From an uncultured Bacteroidales bacterium (GTDB lineage: Bacteria; Bacteroidota; Bacteroidia; Bacteroidales; VadinHA17): a stretch of DNA of 64,000 nt. Within the stretch, counting starts at the first letter, position 1. Each line of letters starts with the position of its first letter. The notes under the pieces were generated by a model. It saw nothing but the letters and a program-made list of their open reading frames with translations. It had not been told where the DNA came from and searched no databases. Both the position numbers and the translations under genes were made by a program. The stretch covers positions 51,941 through 115,940 of the forward strand of contig CAVTPX010000004.1 of assembly GCA_963736735.1 (NCBI GenBank), given 5' to 3'. Of this stretch, positions 28,997 through 39,361 are shown in pieces.

Positions 28997-31900
28997 AGCT
29001 CTTCTCCCAGAGATGATTGAGTACCGGTTTTCACCCTGTTCTTCCCGGTGATGAATGTGCTGAACGAGTCAGTCACCCAATATACGCATGGTATTACTAC
29101 AAGCGTCAGCAGGGTGGAAGTGACGAGTCCGCCTATCACGGCCATCGCCATCGGTGACCTGAGGGAAGCACTATCCCCAAGCCCGATTGTGAGAGGTAGC
29201 AATGCCAGAATGGTGGTAAGACTGGTCATCAGGATAGGTCTAATACGCTGGCTTCCGGCCATAATGATTGCATCCTTTTTGGGCAGGCCGTCCTTCCTCA
29301 GTTGGTTTATCCTGTCGATGAAAAGTATTGCATTATTCACCGCTATCCCCCCGAGCATTATTATCCCGATGTAAGCCATCATGTTAAGCGATTTACCGAA
29401 GAGGAAGAATGTAAGCACCGTCCCCACCCCGGCAAGAGGGATTGTAAGCATTATAATAAATGGCTGCAACAGTGATTCGAACTGAGCTGCCAGCACCATA
29501 AACACAAGCACAAGCGAAAGAAGCAGTGCAAATGAGAGGTTTGACATCGATTCTTTCCGTTTCAGTTCCTCACCAGTGAATTCAATCTTGTAATCTGTGG
29601 GAAGGGTGAGCGGTGCGAGTGACGCCTGCGCCTCCTTAATAACCTTATCGAGGGGCATGTCAGGTGTTACACTGGCATAGAGGTAGCAGGTACGCGACTG
29701 GTTCCTCCTTGTCACTTCACGGGGGCTCACCACCCTCTTTACCTGTGCCAGGTCGCTCAGCGGTACCTTGACGGACCCGGCTGTAATTATGAGATCATTG
29801 AGCTGGCCGATAGAAATATCCTCAAGCTTTATTGTAATGTCTTTCAGCTCGCCGTCCTTTTCAAAGCTGCCGGCATCGGCTCCCTCAAGGTAACCCTTCA
29901 CCTGGTTTATGATGCTTTCTACAGTCACATTATAATAGCTTGTCCTGAACCGGTCAATTACTATTTCTACCTCCGGTGTTCCCTCATCAAGCGAGGTGGT
30001 GACATTGAAGAGCCCTCTGTTTTGTTCAAGCAGTGCTCTTGATTCATTCAGAATCCGTTCGAGCTCACCGTAGTCTTCACCTGATATCTCGAGTGAGAAT
30101 GCTGCCTCTGCGGTTCCAAGGGCAGACTGCAGTGCTGTCTCCTCCCTTGTGAAAGCCACTTCCATTCCCTGGATGTTTTTCAGGTATTCACCAATCTGCG
30201 CAATTGCCTGTTCGGTCTCTGCGGCAAATTCCTTATCGAGGATGATCCTCAGCGAAGCGCTGTTCTCACCTCTGACGGAGGTACTCTGCCCCAACGACGA
30301 AGTGTTGTCTTCGCCAGCCTGCAAGTATATCATTATAACCTTTTCACCAAGTAATTCCCTTATAATTGCCTCAGTGCGTGTGGCTGTGCTGAAAGTCCTT
30401 TCAAGGCTTGTCCCTTCTGGAAGCTTGATTGTCAGTGTAAATTCTGCAGAAGAAGACTTAGGCATAAATTCACTGCCCAGGCGGGGAATGAGCAGGGCTG
30501 ATCCGGCAAGCAGAACAACAGAAAGAATAATAACAAGTACCCTCCTGTCGATTATCCTTTCAAGTAGGCGGGGATACCATTTGAAAGTTATCGGTGAGCT
30601 GATGACAGCCTTCTTTCTCTTTTCTGAGAAAAATGTCGAAACGAGCATCGGGATGACAAGCATTGCCACAACCAGTGATGATATGAGTGAAAATGCAACT
30701 GTCCAGGCCTGGTCTTTGAACATTTCGCCTGATGCTCCGTGGAGATAGACTATTGGAAGGAAGACGACGATTGTGGTTATTGTTGATGCGGTAATGGCGC
30801 CGCCAACCTGGCCGGTGCCTGTAATAACGGCATCACTGAGAGTCATTCCTTCGTCACGTAACCGTGTAATGTTTTCGAGTACAACAATTGCATTGTCAAC
30901 CAGCATACCTGCACCGAGGGCCAGTCCTCCCAGTGTCATTATATTAAGGGTGAGATGGTTGAAATACATCAGGTTGAAAGTGGCGATTATAGAGACAGGT
31001 ATTGCCACGCTGATTACAAGTGTGGTCCCTATTCGTCTCAGAAAAATATAGAGTACGAAGACGGCAAGGAGGATTCCCAGGATCAGGGTATTCTTTACCT
31101 CACCGATGGCGCTGTCAATATAGGAGCCCTGGTCGGTAACCCTGATAAATTCGTAGCCGGGCAGAGCCTTTTCGAGGCCTGTTATGGCTTCGTTGAGGCT
31201 TTTGACTGCATCAACTGTATTGAACTTGGGTTCCTTGTAAATTGAAATCCCGATGCATCTTTCACCATTGACTGTGACAATGTTTTCCGGATCCTTATTT
31301 GCAAACCTGATAGTGGCCACGTCCTTCAGACTGACAGGTACCCTTGATGACGTTGTTGTTGATGATGACGATGCCTGTGAAGCTGCGGAGGCTGAATTGG
31401 CCGTTGCAGAGGACTGTTTGTACCCGACAATAATATTTTCGAGATCACTGATGTCTTCAAGGACACTTACTCCCTTAACCACGTACCGGGTTCCCATATC
31501 AACTATCGATCCTCCCGACACATTCCTGTTATAATTGCTGATGACGGCCGCAATTCCGTCTGAGGTGAGCCCGAAGGACTCAAGGAGGTATTTACTGGTC
31601 TCAATGACAACCTCACTCTCTTCGATTCCGGTGAGGCGGATATCAGCCACCCCTTCGATCCTTACAAGTTCATTGCGGATATAGTTATCAGCCACTTTCC
31701 TCAGCTCCTCCATGTTGGAGATGCGCTCATTCTTCAGACCGACAACCATTACAGGCGAGGCATTCGGGTCGTACTGCGAGATTGTAAAATCATCAAGGTC
31801 AGAGTTCTGGCTGAAAGAGTTAAGCTCTTTCTGAAGATCGAGGAATGCCTCGTCCATGTCCTTGTTCCAGTTATACTCGACTGTAATGACTGCAGAGCCT

Positions 31901-32160
31901 GTCCGGGAAACGGAAGAGACCTGTACGACATCGCTCTGTCGCATCGCAAGCGACTCTATCTGATCTACATAATTGTTTTCAATATCCTCAGGCGGTTTTT
32001 CTCCAGCCTTAAGTTCGATATAGATCTTCGGATTGTTCAGGTCAGGGAACAGGTCGGTTCCAAGCTTGCCGAACGAAATGAAGCCCAGGAGTACAATTCC
32101 CAGGACGATCATTGTGACCGTGACGGGATATCTGACGGCAAAACGGGCAATAGGGTTCAT
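28993..32160 (-). CDS. RND (AcrB/HAE1-like) efflux permease
   Basis: GMLVDNAIVVLENI, GIAVNNAILFID, RIRPILMTSLTT; 1055 aa. Confidence 0.95.
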   Translation of the reverse strand: MNPIARFAVRYPVTVTMIVLGIVLLGFISFGKLGTDLFPDLNNPKIYIELKAGEKPPEDIENNYVDQIESLAMRQSDVVQVSSVSRTGSAVITVEYNWNKDMDEAFLDLQKELNSFSQNSDLDDFTISQYDPNASPVMVVGLKNERISNMEELRKVADNYIRNELVRIEGVADIRLTGIEESEVVIETSKYLLESFGLTSDGIAAVISNYNRNVSGGSIVDMGTRYVVKGVSVLEDISDLENIIVGYKQSSATANSASAASQASSSSTTTSSRVPVSLKDVATIRFANKDPENIVTVNGERCIGISIYKEPKFNTVDAVKSLNEAITGLEKALPGYEFIRVTDQGSYIDSAIGEVKNTLILGILLAVFVLYIFLRRIGTTLVISVAIPVSIIATFNLMYFNHLTLNIMTLGGLALGAGMLVDNAIVVLENITRLRDEGMTLSDAVITGTGQVGGAITASTITTIVVFLPIVYLHGASGEMFKDQAWTVAFSLISSLVVAMLVIPMLVSTFFSEKRKKAVISSPITFKWYPRLLERIIDRRVLVIILSVVLLAGSALLIPRLGSEFMPKSSSAEFTLTIKLPEGTSLERTFSTATRTEAIIRELLGEKVIMIYLQAGEDNTSSLGQSTSVRGENSASLRIILDKEFAAETEQAIAQIGEYLKNIQGMEVAFTREETALQSALGTAEAAFSLEISGEDYGELERILNESRALLEQNRGLFNVTTSLDEGTPEVEIVIDRFRTSYYNVTVESIINQVKGYLEGADAGSFEKDGELKDITIKLEDISIGQLNDLIITAGSVKVPLSDLAQVKRVVSPREVTRRNQSRTCYLYASVTPDMPLDKVIKEAQASLAPLTLPTDYKIEFTGEELKRKESMSNLSFALLLSLVLVFMVLAAQFESLLQPFIIMLTIPLAGVGTVLTFFLFGKSLNMMAYIGIIMLGGIAVNNAILFIDRINQLRKDGLPKKDAIIMAGSQRIRPILMTSLTTILALLPLTIGLGDSASLRSPMAMAVIGGLVTSTLLTLVVIPCVYWVTDSFSTFITGKNRVKTGTQSSLGEEL

Positions 32161-32165
32161 GTCAG

Positions 32166-33218
32166 CTATTTGATGATTTTCACCTTCGACTTGTTGCTGA
32201 GGGTTTCAAACCCGCTTGTGACAACACGTTCATCTTTCATAAGCCCGCGTGTTACTTCTGCCTCTGTCAGGTTTTCGATGCCTGTCTGGATGATCCTTTC
32301 TGCTGCCAGACCTCTCTCGATGACGAAAACTGTCTTGCCCCTCTGCCTTGAGAGGATTATGTTCTTGGGTATCACTATCACCGAGTCTTTTCGGTTTGTG
32401 ACAATGTCAGCCTTCACGAACATTCCCGGGCGAAGAAGGTAGTCAGGGTTGTCTATTGACACAGTACCGGTGAAAGTCCTGGTATCTGCATTTATTGCCG
32501 GTGACAACTGTGCTATATGCCCTATGATTGTATCATCGGGTATTGTATAGTTTGTGAGACGGGCCTCCTGTCCGGCTTTAATTACATTTATATATTTTTC
32601 CGGAAGCTGAACATCCATAAACATTGTACGGTAGTCCATGATCTTCACTATCGTAACCCCTGTCTCCACCTGGGTTCCCTGGGTATAATAGGGCAGTTCA
32701 ACGATTACGCCGTCAATGGGTGCGGTTATTCTTGTTTTCCCGAGCTGAAGCTTTGCATTCACTACAGTTGTCTTTGCATTTTCATAGTTGATGCCTGCTG
32801 TCTTCAGTTCCTTCAGGGTAACACCACCTTTCTCATAGAGCGACTCCTGTTTTCTGAGTTCCGTCTCCATAAGCTCCATGTTAAGCTGATTGGTCTCCAG
32901 CTTGACAGAATTGACATACTCCTCATCTTCAAGGCGTGCGATGAGTGCTCCTGCCTTAACCTTGTCTCCAAGCTGCCACAGCCGCCCTGTCTGAGGGTTC
33001 GTGCCCAGGTAGTAGGCTGCACCGATCTTTGACTTCATGACTATTTCACCCTTGGGAAAAGCTGTTCCGGTGGTATTAATGAATTCTTCGACTGATCTCA
33101 GTTTCAGATCTTCAACAGATACTGGTATTTCAACATCGGCGGTGAGGGCCTGGTCCTGATTTTTGCATCCGGTTACCAGTGCCAGCGCAACGGCCAGGAA
33201 AATTATATTCTTTTTCAT
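32166..33218 (-). CDS. RND periplasmic adaptor (membrane fusion) lipoprotein
   Basis: Lipobox LVTG-C; ITAPIDGVI; LRPGMFV. Confidence 0.92.
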   Translation of the reverse strand: MKKNIIFLAVALALVTGCKNQDQALTADVEIPVSVEDLKLRSVEEFINTTGTAFPKGEIVMKSKIGAAYYLGTNPQTGRLWQLGDKVKAGALIARLEDEEYVNSVKLETNQLNMELMETELRKQESLYEKGGVTLKELKTAGINYENAKTTVVNAKLQLGKTRITAPIDGVIVELPYYTQGTQVETGVTIVKIMDYRTMFMDVQLPEKYINVIKAGQEARLTNYTIPDDTIIGHIAQLSPAINADTRTFTGTVSIDNPDYLLRPGMFVKADIVTNRKDSVIVIPKNIILSRQRGKTVFVIERGLAAERIIQTGIENLTEAEVTRGLMKDERVVTSGFETLSNKSKVKIIK

Positions 33219-33236
33219 TTTGAAGGTTTTTTCTGT

Positions 33237-34719
33237 TTATCTGTTCTCTTTGACAGGTGCAATTGAAACATTATTCTCGAAATCATAGAGAGTCTGGATC
33301 TTCAGGTTCAGGAGTTCCAGTTTATATGAGATGAGGGAATTTGTATAAGAGAGCTGTTTCTCTGAAAGCTGGTTCTGGTAAATGTTCAGATCCATTCCCG
33401 TGAGGTCACCGTTCTTGTATTTTTCAAGGTTCAGTTCATAAGTCAGCTGTGCATTGGTCACATTCTGTCGTGCTATCTCTATCTGGTTGCGGAGGTTCAG
33501 GAGGCTTCTGTATACCTTCCTTATTGTCAGAATAATATCATTCTTTTCCTCATCAAGGGAGATCTTTGCAGTTTCTATGCCGGCTTCGGAAGCCTTTATC
33601 CTTGATTTTCTTTCTCCCCAGTCCCACAACGGAATTGAGAGCGAGAGAGAGACATCCTCGTTATCCACAGGGCTGGCATACACATTATCGAACCTTTCGT
33701 TATCACCGAAGAGGCCTACTGAAAGACCCAGACTTCCCTTGAACTCATTCATCGATTTTGTTTCAATCAGGTCAAACTGCGATGTCTCGATGCTGATCTC
33801 CCTCTGACGCAGTTCCATCCTGTTGGCAAGACCCTGGTTTGTAGCGAAGGCTACATCAATTGGGATTGTATCGACAGCAATATTTGGCAGCACTATGATA
33901 TCGTCATAAAGGCTCATCCCGATAAGGAGCTTGAAATCGTCCTTTGCATTTTCGAGATCCACCTGTTTGTTCTCGTAGTCTGACCTTGTGGTGGCAAGGT
34001 TCAGTTCTGCCTGGAACATCTCTTCGCGTGCAGAGATGCCGGCTTCGACCTTGTTTTTCGATACTTCATAGCTCTTCTGCATATTCTGGTATGCCTGCCG
34101 CGAGATGTCGAGACCCTGCTGCTTCTGATAGACAAAATAGAAGGCCGTTGCCACCTGCTTCTCGAGAGCAAGGAGCTGAATTGCATAGTTAAGCTCGGCG
34201 TTTTCAAGTGCCAGGGTGAGCTCTTTCAGCATCAGCTTCGTGCGGTTATATGTGAACAGCGGCTGATCGAGATTCAGCGACAGATTATTACTGAACCCCT
34301 TGTTCGTATTATTTGTATACTCACTGTATGAGTCTTTATACCCGAATCTGTTGACAAGGGAGATTACTGCATCAGTCTGGACGATAGGTTGAGACACTGT
34401 GAAGAGTCCGAAACTCTGTGTTGTTCGGGTCGAGTTCCATTCTGAAATCAGGTCGTTGAATGACCTGTTATGACTGTAACCTATCGGGTTGATTGAAAGA
34501 GCGAGGCTAGTCTTACGTGCAGCATGCTGGGCATTCAGGTTCTCCTGGCTGCGCACAAGGTTCAGCCGTGGTCTTCTTAATCGACGGAGAATTGTTTTCG
34601 GCAATTTCCATGGCTGTCTCGAGGACCAGTCCCTGCTGGGCTTTCCCCGTCAGCGATAAAAAGAGCAACAGGCAAGCCGTTAAAATCAATGCTCTGGTAC
34701 CTTTGTCTGAATGTTTCAT
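33237..34719 (-). CDS. TolC family outer-membrane channel; +1 frameshift near 34570
   Basis: Signal peptide then LETAMEIAENNSP in 34513-34719; LDQPLF, LSIPLWDWG and coiled coils in 33237-34604. Confidence 0.88.
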
Positions 34720-34747
34720 CTGTATATAATTCTTTGATTCTCTGTTC

Positions 34748-37700
34748 TTAATTTACTTTCACCCATCTGATGGCGTCTCCAATTATTACTCTTCCGGTTG
34801 ACTGGTTTGTCAGTTCCACTCTGGCGCTGTCAGAAGAGAGATAGTATCTGCCGAGGTTGTTCCATCCGGGATCGACGCTCGTAAAGTCGACTGTTATCTC
34901 ATCCACGCCCTCGTCATGATACACCTTGTAATGCATATCCTTGTATACTGGCTCCGGTGGCTGTCCTTCGCCGGGTATTCCGGGTCCCTCCCCGGCGCGC
35001 TGACCACCCTCACCTCCGGGTGCCCCCGGTCTTTGTCCCATCCGGCCCGTCATTCCTCCGGCCTTCCCGATATAGCAGAAAATGTCATAGTAACCCGGGT
35101 CCTCAATTTTGACTGACCACTTCACAGTCTTGTCGCCGGTACCGGTACGGGTGCTCACTGCAGACCGGATATAATCGCCGTAGTATGCAGAGAAGACTAC
35201 CGGCTGCCAGTATTCGGGTGCGTACCTCTGGTTGCCCTGGCGGTATTCGCTGCCTCTGCGGTTTGTGATACCAAGCAACCTCTTCAGAGGGCTGTCAGTC
35301 TGGTTAAGTCCCGGATCAAACCCGGGGTCTTCGTTATCCACAATAAGTTCACCGGGTTCGGTTGTCTGTGGCATTGATGGCAGAATCTCATCTTCTTCGG
35401 TTACGGTACCCCTGAACTTCAGTTTTCGTATTTCACCCATGGGAAGGGTGATCTCGCCGGGGATATTCTTTGCAAACAGGGTGTTTATCAGCATAGCCCT
35501 GGGCTGTGCATCAAGGATTATGGATATCTTTTTTGCCTGTGCCGGGCCTATGCTGACAATCCTGGTTATATCAGCCGACTCCATCCCGCGTCCCTGCATT
35601 GAGATGCCTGCAATGCCTGCGGGCCGTCCCTGGAACGAGCCTCCCGGCTGTCCACCGCGGCCGCCGCCTCCACCCCCCGGCCCGCCTGTCCGGAATGAAA
35701 CATTGAAAATGCCCGGTACAGGCTCGGGATTAGCCGCTGTAAAAGTCACGAGGTACCTTACACGGTCACCCGCAACAATCTCCTCCGCCTGCAACCCGCT
35801 GAGCAGAAAACCGGGCTGCTCACGGCTGTTGAACCAGTCGTCGAGGAATGGATAAAATGCGAAGCCGAACCTCTCCTTTATGTCGTTGTCAAGCTTTGAA
35901 ACATCAACTCTCCTGAACCTGTTGTCATCAATGTACTTTTTGAACCAGGCGTTGAAATCTTCAATACCCGCCTGTGAGCGTATCAGGTTGAACAGATGGT
36001 CTCCCTTAAGTGTAAGAACGGCCGGAAGCGTGTCACCGCCGGGATTTAAAGCCAGCAGATCCCTGAAGCTGTAATTACGGAGTATTATATTCGCATTGTC
36101 ATTGTCCGACAATTCGTCCTGAGGTGCCCACATTGCCGGACCGGGACGGTTGACCTTCTGAAGGTGAGATTCGAAGACAGCATTGATAACAGGGTATTCA
36201 GCCGAATAGAAATTATTTTTAAAGAAATAGAAACTCGGAGCCAGTCTGTACCGGACAGGCTCATTCAGAACCCTGCCGTTGACATATCTGACATTTTCAC
36301 CGCTTATAAAGGCATTCCTGACAAAGTCATTGAAGAGTCTTATCTGCAGTTCTTTGTCTGTAATGACCTGGCTATTCTTCTCCATCCTCTTCTTCTGCCG
36401 TGAAAAGCGTTTCCCGAATCCTGCATTTTCAAGCGTCAGCAATTTCTCAGGCATCAGCACCATCGAAGGCTGAAGTTCTGCCCTCGTCTGGGTACTCATC
36501 CTGGGATAGGAGTAAAACTGTACGGGCACCTCCACAAAACTCAGCGTTTTGAAGGGGTATCTTGTAGAAAAGGTAGCCTCCAGCTCTCTCATGATGCCTG
36601 ACACCAGGAAGGGGAGTGTGTCCCTGAGTTCAGCAAGGTCCTTCTTATAATAATCGTGGCCCGGGAAATACCAGCTTACATATTTTACAGAGTCGACAGT
36701 GAGGGTGTCTGACCTGTAATCGCCGATGGCCAGAGTAAGTCCGGTCAGGGGTGACTCAGGAGTGAAGACCTGGCGGCCGCCATCACCGGCTCCGGCTTCA
36801 CGGGAGCCTGACCCCTGTGCCACTGCCCGCAGACCTCCTGCTGTCCTGACACGCAGGGTGAAGTTTGTAAAATCGACATTTATCCGCGCCGGGTTCGAGG
36901 GGTAGTAGTTGAGCGATGGCACCGGGTACCAGTGCGTTTCAGGGATGAGCAGTACAAAGTTTTCAGTCAGAAATGACTGACGCTTGCTGATGTTTAGCAT
37001 CGCCACCCTGTACGGTGATTCTTCCGGATTGTCAGTATGATCAGGATAACAAAACGATTCAGCAATGGATCCGGCATACGAAATACTGACGCTGTCCGAT
37101 CCGCCGGGAGCCAGAGGCACCTGAAGATCAATCTCTATAATATGGTTTACCCTCCTGAAATTCTGTGATACCCCACCGAAAGTAACTTCGCTGACAGTTA
37201 AATAAGGATTAAGGGAAAAGAGCAGGGTGTCAAGGCTCTTCACGTTATCATTCCTGAAGACAAGAGTCGCTTTTGCTGCTATTTCTTTGCCCTTGTGTTC
37301 CAGGTCGATGCGCGCATCTGTCAGGCTTGCAAAGTCGCTGCTCTCGTACTTTCTGTTCGTTTCGATCACAAGTGCCTTTTCATCGATGCCATTTTTGTAG
37401 AACGAATATGTATTGAACCCGCAGAAAGCTGCTCCTGCAAGAAACAGTACCAGCAATACCCAGGTAAGTGCGGTATGTGGTTTCGATTGCGGCAGGCGCT
37501 TGAATAACAGGACTGTTGCAAGTACAAGGGAGATCCCGAGGAAAAGGTACAGAAGCCTCTGGTTCAGTATATGGCTGAGATTACCGAACCCTGCCACCGA
37601 TGACTTGAAGAGCGGGAGCCCGAATGCCATATAATCGAACATCGACCCAAGACGGTACCAGCCCCAGAACATATTTAATGCCGCCAATCCGAGCAGAACC

Positions 37701-38239
37701 AGAAATGTAATCGCCTGGTTTCTTATAAGTGACATCAGCATGAATGCCAGACCCAGACTGAACATAAGGGTTGGAACACTTATTAAAAGGATATACCAGA
37801 GATAGGAGAGAAGGTCTACAGACATGTACTCTGATATGATATTAATTACCAGTGCTATCCCCAGAACAATAAGGTTGAGCCCCAGGAAAAGCCTGATGAT
37901 GCCCCAGGTTTTGCCGGTCACATACTCGAAGTTGGAGATGGACCTTGTGTAAAGGACCTCGTTGGTGTCAACTTTTTTATCACGCTTGAGGAAGTCAGAT
38001 GCAAGAAAAATAATTACAAGCGACTGTGCGATATTCAGCAGGTAGAGGTTTACAAGCGGCACTGTCGACGGTGTGGAGATAAATTCCCAGGATTCATCTC
38101 CCACAGGGGAGAACAAACCCATGTTCATAAAGGAGAAAATGAATAATGCGCCTAAGGAGAATAGCCTGAAAAACCAGCTTCTTCTTAGCGTTTTCGCCTC
38201 ATTTTTTGCGACTGTCCTTATCTTATGCAGGAATGCCAT
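34748..38239 (-). CDS. ABC-2-type permease fused to an M1-aminopeptidase-like extracytoplasmic region and a C-terminal golvesin/xanthan-lyase-CBD-like domain
   Basis: About 7 N-terminal TM helices with RDKKVDTNEVLYTRSISNFEYVTGK; ISYAG...WYP...YPFKTLSFVEVP M1-like segments; C-terminal GWNNLGRY...VIIGDAIRWVK. Confidence 0.72.
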   Translation of the reverse strand: MAFLHKIRTVAKNEAKTLRRSWFFRLFSLGALFIFSFMNMGLFSPVGDESWEFISTPSTVPLVNLYLLNIAQSLVIIFLASDFLKRDKKVDTNEVLYTRSISNFEYVTGKTWGIIRLFLGLNLIVLGIALVINIISEYMSVDLLSYLWYILLISVPTLMFSLGLAFMLMSLIRNQAITFLVLLGLAALNMFWGWYRLGSMFDYMAFGLPLFKSSVAGFGNLSHILNQRLLYLFLGISLVLATVLLFKRLPQSKPHTALTWVLLVLFLAGAAFCGFNTYSFYKNGIDEKALVIETNRKYESSDFASLTDARIDLEHKGKEIAAKATLVFRNDNVKSLDTLLFSLNPYLTVSEVTFGGVSQNFRRVNHIIEIDLQVPLAPGGSDSVSISYAGSIAESFCYPDHTDNPEESPYRVAMLNISKRQSFLTENFVLLIPETHWYPVPSLNYYPSNPARINVDFTNFTLRVRTAGGLRAVAQGSGSREAGAGDGGRQVFTPESPLTGLTLAIGDYRSDTLTVDSVKYVSWYFPGHDYYKKDLAELRDTLPFLVSGIMRELEATFSTRYPFKTLSFVEVPVQFYSYPRMSTQTRAELQPSMVLMPEKLLTLENAGFGKRFSRQKKRMEKNSQVITDKELQIRLFNDFVRNAFISGENVRYVNGRVLNEPVRYRLAPSFYFFKNNFYSAEYPVINAVFESHLQKVNRPGPAMWAPQDELSDNDNANIILRNYSFRDLLALNPGGDTLPAVLTLKGDHLFNLIRSQAGIEDFNAWFKKYIDDNRFRRVDVSKLDNDIKERFGFAFYPFLDDWFNSREQPGFLLSGLQAEEIVAGDRVRYLVTFTAANPEPVPGIFNVSFRTGGPGGGGGGRGGQPGGSFQGRPAGIAGISMQGRGMESADITRIVSIGPAQAKKISIILDAQPRAMLINTLFAKNIPGEITLPMGEIRKLKFRGTVTEEDEILPSMPQTTEPGELIVDNEDPGFDPGLNQTDSPLKRLLGITNRRGSEYRQGNQRYAPEYWQPVVFSAYYGDYIRSAVSTRTGTGDKTVKWSVKIEDPGYYDIFCYIGKAGGMTGRMGQRPGAPGGEGGQRAGEGPGIPGEGQPPEPVYKDMHYKVYHDEGVDEITVDFTSVDPGWNNLGRYYLSSDSARVELTNQSTGRVIIGDAIRWVKVN

Positions 38240-38251
38240 GGAAACCTGTGG

Positions 38252-39145
38252 TTATTCAATTATATCAGTGTGTAGCTTATGTTCCATGAAGTAAACATAT
38301 GCATGCTCAATATTCGGCGTGACCGCCTCAGCGCTGTATTCAGGCGGATCGTCCGATACAACCTGTACTTCCCATCCGGATTCCACAGGAATCGTGGAAA
38401 TGACATTGTATTTTTCCTTTACCCTGTCATATTCGCTCTGCGAGAGGGTAAGCCTGAATACGTGCCCTTCAGCGTGTTTAATAAGGCTTTCCGGCTGCCC
38501 TGCGAATACAAGTTCACCCCTGTTCAGGAGTGCCATACCCTGGCAGGTCGATGAAATGTCACCTACAATATGTGTTGAGAGTATTATTGTGACATCATTG
38601 CGGCTGAGCTGAGAGAGGATATTCCTGAATCTTATTCTCTCATCAGGATCGAGTCCGGTGGTCGGTTCATCAACAACTATGATCCGTGGGTTGCCGATCA
38701 GAGCCTGTGCAATTCCAAGACGCCGTTTCATGCCTCCTGACAACTTGTTAGCCTGTCTGTCACGTACCTCCAGCAGTCCCACCTGGTCAAGCAGACGATT
38801 GACTTCATTAAGTCTTTCGCTCTTGTTCTTAATTCCGGCGAGAGCCCCCGAGTAATCAAGGAATTCCCAGGTCTTCAGTGATGTGAAGAATCGAAAATCC
38901 TGCGGCAGGTAACCAAGGATGCTCCGAAGGTCCTTCCGGTGTTCCTGGATGTCACGGCCGTCGACAAGAACCACACCTGAGGTTGGTTTCATGAGGGTAA
39001 CCATAATCCTCATCAGGCTTGACTTGCCAGCTCCGTTTGGACCAAGTAATCCAAACATCCCCGTGCCGAATTCAAGGTTAATCTCTTTTAAAGCATGGTT
39101 ACCATTGGGGTAGATCATGTTCAGTCCCCTGATCTCAATTTTCAT
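38252..39145 (-). CDS. ABC transporter ATP-binding protein
   Basis: GLLGPNGAGKSS, LSGGMKRR, VVDEPTTGLD, LSTH. Confidence 0.95.
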   Translation of the reverse strand: MKIEIRGLNMIYPNGNHALKEINLEFGTGMFGLLGPNGAGKSSLMRIMVTLMKPTSGVVLVDGRDIQEHRKDLRSILGYLPQDFRFFTSLKTWEFLDYSGALAGIKNKSERLNEVNRLLDQVGLLEVRDRQANKLSGGMKRRLGIAQALIGNPRIIVVDEPTTGLDPDERIRFRNILSQLSRNDVTIILSTHIVGDISSTCQGMALLNRGELVFAGQPESLIKHAEGHVFRLTLSQSEYDRVKEKYNVISTIPVESGWEVQVVSDDPPEYSAEAVTPNIEHAYVYFMEHKLHTDIIE

Positions 39146-39361
39146 GTTGCACGGTTTGCGGTATCGCGGAATCAGTTATTAGACCACATAAAGACGGATA
39201 ATATTTCAAATGTAGCATGGATTGCAGACATTTATTTAACTTTTTTTCGAATTAAACTGATTCTCAGTATCAGGTGCCCTTGATTTTTGATTTTAATATA
39301 TCTTTATTGACCCTTTAGAGTGACAATTGATTCCAGAACTTAAAATAATATCAGATTTATT

